Source: Promethearchaeota archaeon (lineage in GTDB: Archaea > Asgardarchaeota > Lokiarchaeia > Sigyniarchaeales > SOKP01). From it: DNA of 64,000 nt. The translations under genes were made by a program, and so were the position numbers. Location of the stretch: contig JAHPZJ010000015.1 of the NCBI GenBank assembly GCA_019058245.1, positions 1-64,000 on the forward strand. Reading direction: 5' to 3'. Under the pieces are notes generated by a model, which searched no databases, had not been told where the DNA came from, and saw only the letters and a list, made by a program, of their open reading frames with translations. Of the stretch, positions 38,630-48,916 are shown piece by piece (the stretch's first letter is position 1; the number at the start of each line of letters is the position of its first letter).

Positions 38630-40234
38630 ATGGGAAATTTAAAAGTTCTCGTTCTTGATAACCTTGATAATGTAGGTATTGAAATCTTTAATCAAGAGGG
38701 AATTCAAACTGACATTAAGGGAAAGCTAACACCAGATGAATTAGCAGCTATTATTGATAATTATGATGGTATCGCTCTCCGAGGAGCTACAAAAGTTACT
38801 GCTGAAGTATTTAAAAATATTTCTCGTTTGAAAGTGATTGGTCGTGCTGGTTCTGGAACCGACAATATTGATACAAAAATTGCCACAAAAAACGGTGTAG
38901 TAGTAATGAATGCTCCAGGGGGTAATACGATAACCACAGCAGAACATGCAATCGCTTTAATGTTTGCTCTAGCACGTCGAGTACCTCAAGCTTCTGCTTC
39001 TATGAAAGAGGGAAAATGGGAGAAGAATAGTTTTATAGGAACCGAACTCACTGATAAAACGCTGGGGATAATAGGAATTGGGAACATCGGAAAAATTGTG
39101 GCTGAGCGTGCTTTAGGTCTCAAAATGATTGTTTTAGGATATGACCCCTTTGTTAATAAAGAAGATATGTTGAAACTAGGCATTGAACCAGTTAAACTCG
39201 ATGAAATTTATGCTCGATCTGACTTTATTAGTTATCATACACCCCTTACTCCAGAAACAAAAGGAATGATCAATGCTCAGACAATTGCTAAGATGAAAAA
39301 GGGAGTTTTTCTTATAAATTGTGCACGGGGAGCTTTAATCAATGAAATTGATCTTCTGAACGCTCTTGAATCTGATCACGTTAAAGGAGTTGCTCTTGAT
39401 GTATTCCCTGTAGAGCCACCCTCCTCAAATACAGGACTATATAAACATCCTAATGTAATTCTAACTCCTCACTTAGGTGCTTCTACGAACGAAGCTCAAA
39501 AAAAAGTTGCGGTTATGATAGCAGAACAAATCTGTGATTTTCTTAAAAATGGTATAATTCGAAATTCAATTAATTTTCCTTCTGTGGCAGCGGAGCTGCT
39601 CCCAATTTTACAACCCTACTTTTCCCTATGTGAAAGATTAGGATCATTTTTAGGACAAATCCTTGAAGATCCCCTAAATGAACTTCGAGTTGAATATTTA
39701 GGAAACGCATCAAATCTTAAGGTTGCTTCACTCACGCTTTTTGTTCTAAAGGGAATTCTTCAACACCAAATTGAAGATGTCAATTTAGTTAATTCACGTA
39801 TGATTGCTGAAGAGCGCGGAATAAAAATTACAGAAGCTAAATCAAATAAAGCAGATAATTATATGAGTTTAATTCGTGTGATTACTATTACTGAAAAGGG
39901 TGAAAAATCAGTATCAGGAACTATCTTCGGGAATGGCCCTAAAATTATACAAATTAATAATTTTCCAATTGAAGCTGAATTATCAGGAGGAATGTTAATG
40001 CTTGAAAATCAAGATGTTCCTGGCGTTGTTGGCAGAGTAGGAACTTTCCTTGGAGAAAAAGCTATCAACATAGCAGGGCTTCAACTTGGTCGAAAAGAGG
40101 CAGGGGGTATTGCTATATCTCTTATAAATGTAGATAATGTTGTACCTGATGATGTACTTGCTCAACTTGCAAAATTACCTCATATAACATCAGCCAGATA
40201 TCTAAGATTCTCTAAAAATTCTCTGCAACAATGA
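38630..40234 (+). CDS. serA: D-3-phosphoglycerate dehydrogenase (long form with ASB and ACT domains)
   Basis: RAGSGTDNID, TAEH, GIGNIG, NCARG, DVFPVEP, TPHLGAST and DVPGVVG motifs. Confidence 0.95.
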   Translation: MGNLKVLVLDNLDNVGIEIFNQEGIQTDIKGKLTPDELAAIIDNYDGIALRGATKVTAEVFKNISRLKVIGRAGSGTDNIDTKIATKNGVVVMNAPGGNTITTAEHAIALMFALARRVPQASASMKEGKWEKNSFIGTELTDKTLGIIGIGNIGKIVAERALGLKMIVLGYDPFVNKEDMLKLGIEPVKLDEIYARSDFISYHTPLTPETKGMINAQTIAKMKKGVFLINCARGALINEIDLLNALESDHVKGVALDVFPVEPPSSNTGLYKHPNVILTPHLGASTNEAQKKVAVMIAEQICDFLKNGIIRNSINFPSVAAELLPILQPYFSLCERLGSFLGQILEDPLNELRVEYLGNASNLKVASLTLFVLKGILQHQIEDVNLVNSRMIAEERGIKITEAKSNKADNYMSLIRVITITEKGEKSVSGTIFGNGPKIIQINNFPIEAELSGGMLMLENQDVPGVVGRVGTFLGEKAINIAGLQLGRKEAGGIAISLINVDNVVPDDVLAQLAKLPHITSARYLRFSKNSLQQ

Positions 40235-40292
40235 TAAATGAATTTCAATATCCAAAATTTCAGTAAAAAAATTAATTAATAAATTAAAAAAA

Positions 40293-41999
40293 TTAAATCC
40301 TTCTTACTATTTTTCTTACTGAATTCCGTTTCACATAGAGTATAATTATTATTATAACTCCAAGCAATGACCCTGTAAACAAAAAAGTAATTTGAAAGCC
40401 TGGTATTCTATCTTCTTCAAATGTAACTAGTATTGTGGTTTCTTGATCATTACCAGTGGTATCTACAGCTCGAGCTGTGATATTATGAAGTCCCTTACTA
40501 TAATCTGCTGTATTTAAACTATGAATTACTACAGGGTATGGGTAATAATTTGGCATATCTTCTTCTTTCAATAACACTTCATCAAAGTAAATTTGTATTT
40601 TATCAAGTGCTTGGTCATCATCGCCCTCTACTGTAATATTTACGATCCCACTTAAACCTGCCCCCGATTCGGGATTTGTAATTATTATCGTAGGATCAAC
40701 ATTATCTGCTGGAGCAATTCCATCTCCATTAATACTTACTTCAGTGGAAATAATTTGACTACCTCTTCCGTTCACATCTTCAGCAAAAAATGACATTTTA
40801 TAGTTAGAACCAAGTGTTGGAGAATTGATCGATACTCTTCCAGAAAAATTTCCATTCCCATCAGGTGTTAATTTCCATTGATATGCAGGTTCATTCTCAT
40901 CCCAAAGTCCCATTGATTCATTATCATTCGGGTCTGGGGGTGTCCAATCATCAGGTATTACTCTACAAGTCACATTCGCAATAGCCGTTGAACTATCAAC
41001 TCCTATGGTAATTGGAAAAGTTATTCTTTCGGGATTAAATACTACCCAAAATTTTAAAGGAACAAACAGAACTTGCGGATACGGAATCAAAAAAAGAGGA
41101 CATCCCTGACATATATAAGTATTTTTTGCATCGTTTCCATCTCCCGAACTTGGAAGTTGTCCCCAAGCATTTACTATATGTCCAACACCATCATGATTAT
41201 CCTCAATACATGGGTTTTGCACCTCATAACCTAAAGCTTTAATCTCATGATGAGCATCTACGAAAGCATCTCCAATGGAATTTCCTGCCAGAATAGAATT
41301 TAAAAGCCCTTCTCCAAACAACGAAATATGAGGTGGGATCGGACTCCACCATGCGCTATAACCAGGTTCCGTTGAAGTCATAATTATCCTATTGGATTTA
41401 CTTAAATCATCTAACCAAGATCCAGAAGCACATGCCTCATATATAACAATAATCCGATCACATCCAGAAGCTGCCTCAAAATCATCCAGATATTGATCAA
41501 CTTCCCAAGCAGCTAATGAAGTAAAAGGAGCCATTGACATTGCATCGGTTCCTCCATGATCATGTATATAGACCGCTAACACACCATTTGGACCAACCTT
41601 ACTTGGTGCCCATTCAGTAAATGCATATTCTAAATTTGGACGATAAGAAGCCGCATATTCCCGTGTAGTATATGTAACAGAATATAATGGAACTAACATT
41701 AAAATTTCATCAGCAGTATTGCCACATGCTAATGCTTGATCATAGACCCATTCACATGTCAATAATACTAATTCCCATGCTTCATGATCTGATCTATCTC
41801 CTCCAATAATGATCCAAGCATCTATACACTCGTATTGAGCAGTACTAGCTTTAACCGAATTATTGGAATTAGTTATAAATTGATTATCACTTAGATTTCC
41901 ACTAGAATTATTTATAAGTATCATTTGTGTACTTGGTAGAAAAATTACGAGAATTGTTAAAATCATTAAAAACATTATTTTTAAATTGAATTTCTTCAT
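40293..41999 (-). CDS. Secreted clan CD (C13/legumain-like) cysteine peptidase with Ig-like domain and IPGF C-terminal anchor
   Basis: Signal/TM N-terminus; catalytic dyad YIHDHGG ... YEACASG; PTIIITNP..G Ig-like domain; IPGF + TM + basic tail. Start 41999 inferred from the paralog. Confidence 0.75.
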   Translation of the reverse strand: MKKFNLKIMFLMILTILVIFLPSTQMILINNSSGNLSDNQFITNSNNSVKASTAQYECIDAWIIIGGDRSDHEAWELVLLTCEWVYDQALACGNTADEILMLVPLYSVTYTTREYAASYRPNLEYAFTEWAPSKVGPNGVLAVYIHDHGGTDAMSMAPFTSLAAWEVDQYLDDFEAASGCDRIIVIYEACASGSWLDDLSKSNRIIMTSTEPGYSAWWSPIPPHISLFGEGLLNSILAGNSIGDAFVDAHHEIKALGYEVQNPCIEDNHDGVGHIVNAWGQLPSSGDGNDAKNTYICQGCPLFLIPYPQVLFVPLKFWVVFNPERITFPITIGVDSSTAIANVTCRVIPDDWTPPDPNDNESMGLWDENEPAYQWKLTPDGNGNFSGRVSINSPTLGSNYKMSFFAEDVNGRGSQIISTEVSINGDGIAPADNVDPTIIITNPESGAGLSGIVNITVEGDDDQALDKIQIYFDEVLLKEEDMPNYYPYPVVIHSLNTADYSKGLHNITARAVDTTGNDQETTILVTFEEDRIPGFQITFLFTGSLLGVIIIIILYVKRNSVRKIVRRI

Positions 42000-42175
42000 A
42001 ATTATTAAATCACTTATGAATAAATGATGCATAGTAAATGATTATAAGGGACTATTTAAATCTATGGAAGAGTGCTGGAATTCAATATCATATTTTTTAT
42101 TCTTCTCTACTTATAATATTTTTAAAATTTAATGAAAAAAAGAAAATAAAAAGTATAAAAAAAAAGATTTAAATC

Positions 42176-43882
42176 TCATTTATTTTTCCTTACTAAGTTC
42201 CGTTTACTTAAGAGAATGAATATAATAATCACTCCAATCAATGTCCCGCTAAATAGAAAAGAAATTTGAAAGCCTGGAATTCCTTCTTCTTCAAATGTAA
42301 CTAGTATTGTAGTCTCTTGATAATTGCTTGAGTTATCTACTGCTCTAGCTGTTATGTTATGAAGTCCCTTACTGTAATCTGCGGTATTTATACTATGAAT
42401 TACTTCAGGATATGGGTAATAATCTGGCATAGCTTCACTTTTTAATAATAATCCATCAAGATAAAGTTCTATTCTATCAAGTGCTTGATCATCATCTCCT
42501 TCTGCTGTTATGTTAACTATACCACTTAGCCCCGCGTTCGATTCTGGGTTTGTAATTGTTATTGAAGGATCTGTAGTATCTGGGGGTGCTGTTCCATCAT
42601 CATTAACTGTAATTAGAGTTGATTCAGCCTTAGCTACAGTACCATCCAGGTTTTGTACATGGAACACAACTTTATAATCCCCTAAAGAAGCACCTTGTGC
42701 AGATAAACGTCCTAAATAAAGATTGTTTCCATATATTCCATCATTGGCCTTTCCATCTCCATGGTTCCCGTCGTCATATACATAGGTTTGTTTAATATTG
42801 TCTTGAATCATTGGTACAATTCCGTCTCCATCTGGATCTGGAGGTGTTGGAGGTACCCATCCTGGGGGAAGTACTCTCACATACACCTTTTCAATAGGTG
42901 TATGATTGCTTACAACGACCCAAATAGGAGTAGTAGGGGCTTGGACAGATATATATGCTCTTAAAGGGAACTGAAATATAAAGGTTTCTGGAGGACAATT
43001 AGTTCCAGTGCCTATCCAATAATTTAATGCATCTGAGCCGTCTCCTCCGTTTGGTAAATCACCCCATGTATCTACTTCATGACCCAAATCGTCATGATTA
43101 TCATCAATCAAAGGTTTTTCTACACCTCCATACCCACTAGCTATTACATGATCTACAGCATCTTCAAAACATTCTCCGATAGTATTACATGCTACTAGTG
43201 ACGAAAAAAATTCTTCAGAAAAATATGCCCATTCAGAACTTGCAAATGCATTATGAGTAGTGTCCGTTGAGGTAATTACAATTCGATTACTTTTGCTAAT
43301 ATCGTCAATAAATGAACCTGCATGACAAGCTTCGTATATTATAACCATACGATTACAGTCAGTAGCAGTCTCTAATTCATCTAACCAACTACTTAAAGAA
43401 CTAGCTGCTAAGTTTGGACCTGTAATAGACATTGAATTAGTACCTCCATGATCAAACATATATATCCCCAGAGCCTGACTTGGACCTACTCTACTAGCAG
43501 CCCAATTAGTAATCGCATCCTCAATATTTGCAAGATTAGCAACATCATCTTGAAAAAGAGAAATATGATATGCATCAGTAACAGTTGGATCTGGTCCTAA
43601 ATACTTTATGTTACTTGCTGAAACATCTCGACTGACTAATATAAAATAAGCAACATCACATCCCTTTTTTATTTGTGTAACACATGCATGATCGGATTCT
43701 CTATCACCTCCAATTATAATCCATGCTCCAATATTTAAGCGCGCAGCTGCTGATTTTGGATTTGGGACCTCTGAATTAATAGATTGATGATTATTCATAG
43801 TTATTATCTGTGCATTTGGAATAATAGTTGTGAAAATCGCAAAGATCAATAAAAAATATATTTTTTTTTTAAATTTCCTCAT
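42176..43882 (-). CDS. Paralogous C13-like peptidase with choice-of-anchor-X-like motif, Ig-like domain and IPGF anchor
   Basis: MFDHGG ... YEACHAG; DDGNHGDGKANDGIYG; C-terminal ~130 aa very similar to the neighbouring gene. Confidence 0.75.
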   Translation of the reverse strand: MRKFKKKIYFLLIFAIFTTIIPNAQIITMNNHQSINSEVPNPKSAAARLNIGAWIIIGGDRESDHACVTQIKKGCDVAYFILVSRDVSASNIKYLGPDPTVTDAYHISLFQDDVANLANIEDAITNWAASRVGPSQALGIYMFDHGGTNSMSITGPNLAASSLSSWLDELETATDCNRMVIIYEACHAGSFIDDISKSNRIVITSTDTTHNAFASSEWAYFSEEFFSSLVACNTIGECFEDAVDHVIASGYGGVEKPLIDDNHDDLGHEVDTWGDLPNGGDGSDALNYWIGTGTNCPPETFIFQFPLRAYISVQAPTTPIWVVVSNHTPIEKVYVRVLPPGWVPPTPPDPDGDGIVPMIQDNIKQTYVYDDGNHGDGKANDGIYGNNLYLGRLSAQGASLGDYKVVFHVQNLDGTVAKAESTLITVNDDGTAPPDTTDPSITITNPESNAGLSGIVNITAEGDDDQALDRIELYLDGLLLKSEAMPDYYPYPEVIHSINTADYSKGLHNITARAVDNSSNYQETTILVTFEEEGIPGFQISFLFSGTLIGVIIIFILLSKRNLVRKNK

Positions 43883-44114
43883 AATTATAAAATCTCTTTT
43901 AATTAAATGAATTATAGAGATAGATTATAATCCAGTATTTAAATCTATTGCAGAGTAGTGGAGATCAAAGCTGGCTTAAATTAGATAGAAAATCTGTAAT
44001 TAACAGCCTTGATCTTAAAATTAGTGATAATAACAGATACAAATGTATAAACCCTAAATTTTTATTCAATTGAAAAATTATTCTTCACAAAATTTTCATC
44101 GAAATTAGCCTCTT

Positions 44115-44876
44115 TTAATTGTAGAAAGGAAGAGTGCTAAGTCTCTTTTGGATTTCAATAAATGGGTGTATAACCATTTTTTTGGTAAGTTCATATACAT
44201 CTTTTGTACCTGAATAGATATCATGCCATTTTACGGCTTTTCCAAATACATTTTTTAATGTCACCTTCTTGTTAAGTAGAGCGTCTTTTGTAATATCTTT
44301 TGGTATATTCACCATTGTTTCTTTATAGACCTTCTCAATGGCAGTTTTTACATTCATTTTAGGTTTACTCTGTAGTTTAACAACTACTTTATCCATAAAG
44401 TCTTTATATTCACTTAAATAATCAAATGTCTTTTCAGCATATTTAACAACTTTTTGAGCATCAATTCTACCCGCATCAAAACTTTGAATTGTGTCTCTCA
44501 TCCTATCTTTCGCTTTATCTATAAGGCGATCCTTAATTTCTTTAATTAGAACATCTATTGAGCCTTCACCGGATAAGACATCATTAGCTTTCTGATCTAA
44601 ACTTGAAAGTAGACTTTTTTCCACCTCTAATGGTGAAGACTTAGTGTTTTCAAGAATCTCACGCATATTTTCGGTGTATTCTGTTTCATTTTTATTAGTT
44701 ATATACTCTTTTACAATTTCTTGCTGTTTTTGCTGTTCTTGTTGTTCTCCTTCAGCGCAAGAAACACATAGTCCAGTATAAGAATGTATCTCACCTATCC
44801 AGGCTTCAGTACCATATACCTTTTTACACTTCTCACAATGTTTGTATTTTACCATAGACACCACATACCTAATCAT
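44115..44876 (-). CDS. Hypothetical protein with N-terminal Zn-ribbon and helical C-terminus
   Basis: CEKC..CVSC. Start may be ATG 44855. Confidence 0.6.
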   Translation of the reverse strand: MIRYVVSMVKYKHCEKCKKVYGTEAWIGEIHSYTGLCVSCAEGEQQEQQKQQEIVKEYITNKNETEYTENMREILENTKSSPLEVEKSLLSSLDQKANDVLSGEGSIDVLIKEIKDRLIDKAKDRMRDTIQSFDAGRIDAQKVVKYAEKTFDYLSEYKDFMDKVVVKLQSKPKMNVKTAIEKVYKETMVNIPKDITKDALLNKKVTLKNVFGKAVKWHDIYSGTKDVYELTKKMVIHPFIEIQKRLSTLPFYN

Positions 44877-45043
44877 TATGTAAATTAATTTATTATTTTA
44901 ATTTTTCACTTAAGTTCATATTATTCCTCATTATTCTATGAGAATAAAATTTGTCAGTGACCTATAATTAGGTTAAGTTTCATTATATATATTTATCATT
45001 GAGTTTATTGGTTTGGATTAGATTATTCAATGAAAATTTCGTA

Positions 45044-45078
45044 GAATTCAGACTCTGAATTTACTTTTCCATTCCAAT
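45044..45078. repeat. Intergenic direct repeat, copy 1 (palindromic core ATTCAG-ACT-CTGAAT)
   Basis: 31/35 identical to 46336-46370. Confidence 0.75.
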
Positions 45079-45195
45079 TTCAAAAAAAATTAGGACAAAA
45101 TTTAAAAAGGCTCGAACCGTGTGTTTCTTAAAAAGGTGGATAATACAAATAAGAGAAAAATGCATTAGAAGAAATAAATCATCTATTATAGAAAA

Positions 45196-46302
45196 ATGAG
45201 AGAGAATAAAATAATTACTGATATAGAGCAGTTAACACCAGAATGGTTGACGAGGATCCTCAAAGATAAAGGATACTTTAACCAAGGAAAAGTAATAAAA
45301 ATAATTAAGAAAAGATCGCAAGAGACTGTAACTTCTAATGTACATTTCTTAGAGCTTAACTTTTCAATTGATACTCAAACGGAACCAGCTTCTTCTGAAA
45401 TAGTTGTAAAAATCCCTAAACCTAATGAAGTAGCTAGATCTGTCGGGAAACATGAAGCAAAATTTTATCGTATTCTAGCTGAAATGATGAGCGAGATGCC
45501 AATTCCAATCTGTTATGAGGCAGCGTTTTCTGAAGAAACTGGATTGTCACATATTATCCTTGAAAATTTATCAAAAACACACATAGAAAATTTCGAATAT
45601 CCTCCTTCAAAAATAAATAATGAAAGAGCAGTTGACTGTTTAGCAGAATTACATGCTTTTTGGTGGGATCACCCCAAGCTTAAGGAACTATCGAAAAGTT
45701 CTTACGTTCTTTACACATTTAAAGAAAATTCTTTTAATAAAGAAGAAATTTTTAAATGGTTTAATAGCCAAAAAATGACACTCAAGCCATTTTTAGAATT
45801 CTTAGGAGAAAGAATAGGGAGTAAAAGTAAGGAGTTATTTAAAACCATATTCTCATTATATCCTCAAGTGGTATATGAACGAATCTCAAAAGAGAATATA
45901 ACTGTAATCCATTGTGATGCTCATTTCTGGAATTTTTTCTATCCAAAAGACATAATAGATCAAAAATATAAAACAATATTACCTGATTGGCAAACTTGGA
46001 GTATCGGTGTAGGAGCTCAAGATCTTGCATTTATGATAGGACTCTTTTTCTTTCCTGACTATCGGCATTTGGTAGAAAAAGATCTTATCAAACGTTATCT
46101 TAATAAGCTTTTAAAATCAGGTGTGAAAAATTATAGCTGGGATGAGTGTTGGTATGATTACAAGTTATTTACTATATTAAATATTTACAGAATTGTCTGG
46201 TGGTGGAGTGTTGGTATGCCTTCTATAGTTTGGTTGCCTAAATTAGAAGCTTCCATTAGTACTATAAAAGATCTAAATTGTATGGAGCTTTTAGAAAGCT
46301 AA
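45196..46302 (+). CDS. Aminoglycoside phosphotransferase/ecdysteroid kinase-like protein
   Basis: IVVKIP, HEAKFY, LAELHAFWW, IHCDAHFWNFF, DWQT and QDLAF motifs. Confidence 0.85.
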   Translation: MRENKIITDIEQLTPEWLTRILKDKGYFNQGKVIKIIKKRSQETVTSNVHFLELNFSIDTQTEPASSEIVVKIPKPNEVARSVGKHEAKFYRILAEMMSEMPIPICYEAAFSEETGLSHIILENLSKTHIENFEYPPSKINNERAVDCLAELHAFWWDHPKLKELSKSSYVLYTFKENSFNKEEIFKWFNSQKMTLKPFLEFLGERIGSKSKELFKTIFSLYPQVVYERISKENITVIHCDAHFWNFFYPKDIIDQKYKTILPDWQTWSIGVGAQDLAFMIGLFFFPDYRHLVEKDLIKRYLNKLLKSGVKNYSWDECWYDYKLFTILNIYRIVWWWSVGMPSIVWLPKLEASISTIKDLNCMELLES

Positions 46303-46335
46303 AATACTAATAATTTTTTCAAAGGAATTTTTATT

Positions 46336-46370
46336 GAACTCAGACTCTGAATTTACCATTTCATTCCAAT
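46336..46370. repeat. Intergenic direct repeat, copy 2
   Basis: GAACTCAGACTCTGAATTTACCATTTCATTCCAAT, matching 45044-45078. Confidence 0.75.
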
Positions 46371-46448
46371 CTTAAATTCATCAAATGACCAAAACTCAAA
46401 AAACAGGACTGTTTAAAGATAAATTAGAATGATTAAGGAATAAATACA

Positions 46449-48599
46449 CTATTTTAATTCCAGTTTATTTTGGCAATAAGGACAATGAAGAGGTAATTCT
46501 TCATCACAATTCTCTAATTCTTCACTACTTATAATATTCTTCCAACATATTAATTTATCTCCCTTTTGAACCATATCTCTGCCATGGTGCTGTGGTATAA
46601 TATCTTTTGTTTGGCAATTCTCACATATAATAAGTTTAGCTTTACTCTCTAACTTTTCAGTGGAAATTTCTTTGTATAAAAACTTGTACTGGAAAATAGT
46701 TAAACTATTAAGCAGAACTAACAATGACACTCCCATATCACCAATTCCAACCGCTAACCAGAGAGTCATGAAGCCAATAACAGTTAAAATTGCGAATGAG
46801 ACTTTTACGATTATGGAAGTCCATATATTTTGTTTTATTTTTTTATTTGTCTTTTTCGCGATGTCAACATAGGTAAGAATTTTTTTTAGATCATCTCCAA
46901 TTACAATAATGTCTGCAGTTTCTAATGTGATATCGGTGGCAGAAGCACCTATTGCGATTCCTAAATCTGCCAATGCTAAGGCGGGTGCATCATTTATTCC
47001 ATCACCAACCATTGCCACTCCTTTATATTGCTGCTGTAAATTTTGTATTTCTTGAAGTTTTTGGTCAGGTAAATGTTCACCATAAGCTCTATCAATATCC
47101 AGACACGATCCAATTGAATTACATACTCTCTGATTATCCCCAGAAATTAATACTGTCTCATAACCACGTTCTTTTAAACCATTTATTAGAATTGGAGCAG
47201 AAACCCTTAAAACATCTCGAATTGAAATGATGCCTAATAATTGTTTGTGATTTCCTAATAAGATTGGAATTGTTCCTGATGATTCAATACTTTCAATATC
47301 ATTGATTGGAAGCTCATAATTTAATTCTTTCATAAATTTTGGACTCCCTACATAGAACATCTCTCCATTAATCTTACCTTTTATTCCTTTTCCTTTTATC
47401 ACCTCAAAGTCATTAATAGGTTGAAAATCTAACTTCATTTCTTTTGCTTGATTCACTATCGCTTTTCCAATTGGATGTTCTGAAAGAGATTCTAAACTCG
47501 CTGCAATACTAATTATATTTTGTTTGGTAACACCATTGTAAGAAATAATCTCAAAGATTCTCAATCTTCCTTCAGTGAGAGTACCAGTTTTATCAAAAGC
47601 AAAAGTTTCTATATCCTTTAGTTTTTCAATAAATTTATTCCCTTTAACTAATATTCCCTCTCTTGCTTGCTTCGTTAGAGATGCTATATTCGCTAAAGGA
47701 GTAGACAATGTTAAAGCACATGGACAAGAAACTACTAATAAAATTAAACCACGATAAAACCAATCAATAAAATTCAACCCAAATAGAGGTGGAATAACCA
47801 TTACTACAATCGAAGAACATAAGATAATAGGGGTGTAGTACTTTGCAAATTTTTCAATGAATTTTTCATGGTTACTCTTATTTTCTTGCGCAATTTTCAC
47901 ACTTTCAGCAATTTGAGCAACAATAGTGTTAGTACTTTCTCTTGTAACTTCAATATCTATAAAACCATCAGAATTTAAGCTAGCAGCAAATACTTCATCT
48001 CCTTTGTTTTTAAAAATCGGAACTGATTCACCGGTGATCGCACTTTCATCTAAATATGAATTTCCTTTTACAATTATACCATCTAAAGGTACTTTCATTC
48101 CAGGTTTTATTCCAACAATATCCCCAATTTTAATTTCCCTCGATGCTACACTTTTATAACCATTTTCTGTCTTTAAAAGAGCCTCATCAGGAGCAAGTTC
48201 AAGTAATTCTTTAATAGCATTTCTAGACTTATCTGTTGTCATTTCTTCTAGTCTTTCTGCTATAGCATATAATAATAATGCAGTTGCTCCCTCTTGTCCA
48301 TGAAAAATGAAAAATGAAGCAATACCAGCTATCAACATTAAAAGATTTGCTGTAATTTTTTTAGCTTTTATATCTTCTATTGCTTCTTTTACAATTCCAG
48401 GACTCGAAAGAAGAATTGAAGTCACAGCTAAAATCTGAGCAATTAATAGATTTTTAAATCCAAAATCAAAAAATATTGATATTCCGAGTAGAACCCCAGC
48501 CGGAATAATAAAATACCAAAATTTTTTTTCAAAAAAGGATTCTTCCTCAATTTCTTCGACTTCACATATAGATGATGAACATGCAATTGTAGTAATAAT
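46449..48599 (-). CDS. Heavy-metal P1B-type ATPase (ZntA/CadA-like) with C-terminal Cys/His domain
   Basis: TGES, SCPCAL, DKTGTLT, SEHP, GDGINDAPAL and DMG motifs. The frame extends upstream of the tracked GTG to ATT 48596/48599, adding TM helices. Confidence 0.9.
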   Translation of the reverse strand: MITTIACSSSICEVEEIEEESFFEKKFWYFIIPAGVLLGISIFFDFGFKNLLIAQILAVTSILLSSPGIVKEAIEDIKAKKITANLLMLIAGIASFFIFHGQEGATALLLYAIAERLEEMTTDKSRNAIKELLELAPDEALLKTENGYKSVASREIKIGDIVGIKPGMKVPLDGIIVKGNSYLDESAITGESVPIFKNKGDEVFAASLNSDGFIDIEVTRESTNTIVAQIAESVKIAQENKSNHEKFIEKFAKYYTPIILCSSIVVMVIPPLFGLNFIDWFYRGLILLVVSCPCALTLSTPLANIASLTKQAREGILVKGNKFIEKLKDIETFAFDKTGTLTEGRLRIFEIISYNGVTKQNIISIAASLESLSEHPIGKAIVNQAKEMKLDFQPINDFEVIKGKGIKGKINGEMFYVGSPKFMKELNYELPINDIESIESSGTIPILLGNHKQLLGIISIRDVLRVSAPILINGLKERGYETVLISGDNQRVCNSIGSCLDIDRAYGEHLPDQKLQEIQNLQQQYKGVAMVGDGINDAPALALADLGIAIGASATDITLETADIIVIGDDLKKILTYVDIAKKTNKKIKQNIWTSIIVKVSFAILTVIGFMTLWLAVGIGDMGVSLLVLLNSLTIFQYKFLYKEISTEKLESKAKLIICENCQTKDIIPQHHGRDMVQKGDKLICWKNIISSEELENCDEELPLHCPYCQNKLELK

Positions 48600-48916
48600 T
48601 TATCACCTATGTAATAATGAGATATAATATAATTAGAATTTTCCATTTATAGATAATAAAATTAAGAGATTGTTAATACACTATGTTAATACCATTTCCA
48701 GATTTTTTTTATTAAATATAAAATGTGGGATGTAATCAATTAATAACTAAAAATTAGAGTTGCTAAAGAAAAAAGATAGGGATAACAAAAATAAAGACTA
48801 TCATATTTACTTTTTTAAAGAAAATAAATCTTTTTCATAAAATCTCTTAGAATTTAGTTGATTTTTATGTTTAAATTAAAATTAGAAAATAAAAAAAGAA
48901 AAAAATTTAAAAATTT

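Noticed and set aside
45044-46370. CRISPR array
   Set aside because: Only two repeat copies, separated by a whole gene, and no cas genes.
48443-48646. 67-aa ORF in the track
   Set aside because: It overlaps, in another frame, the true N-terminal extension of the P1B ATPase.
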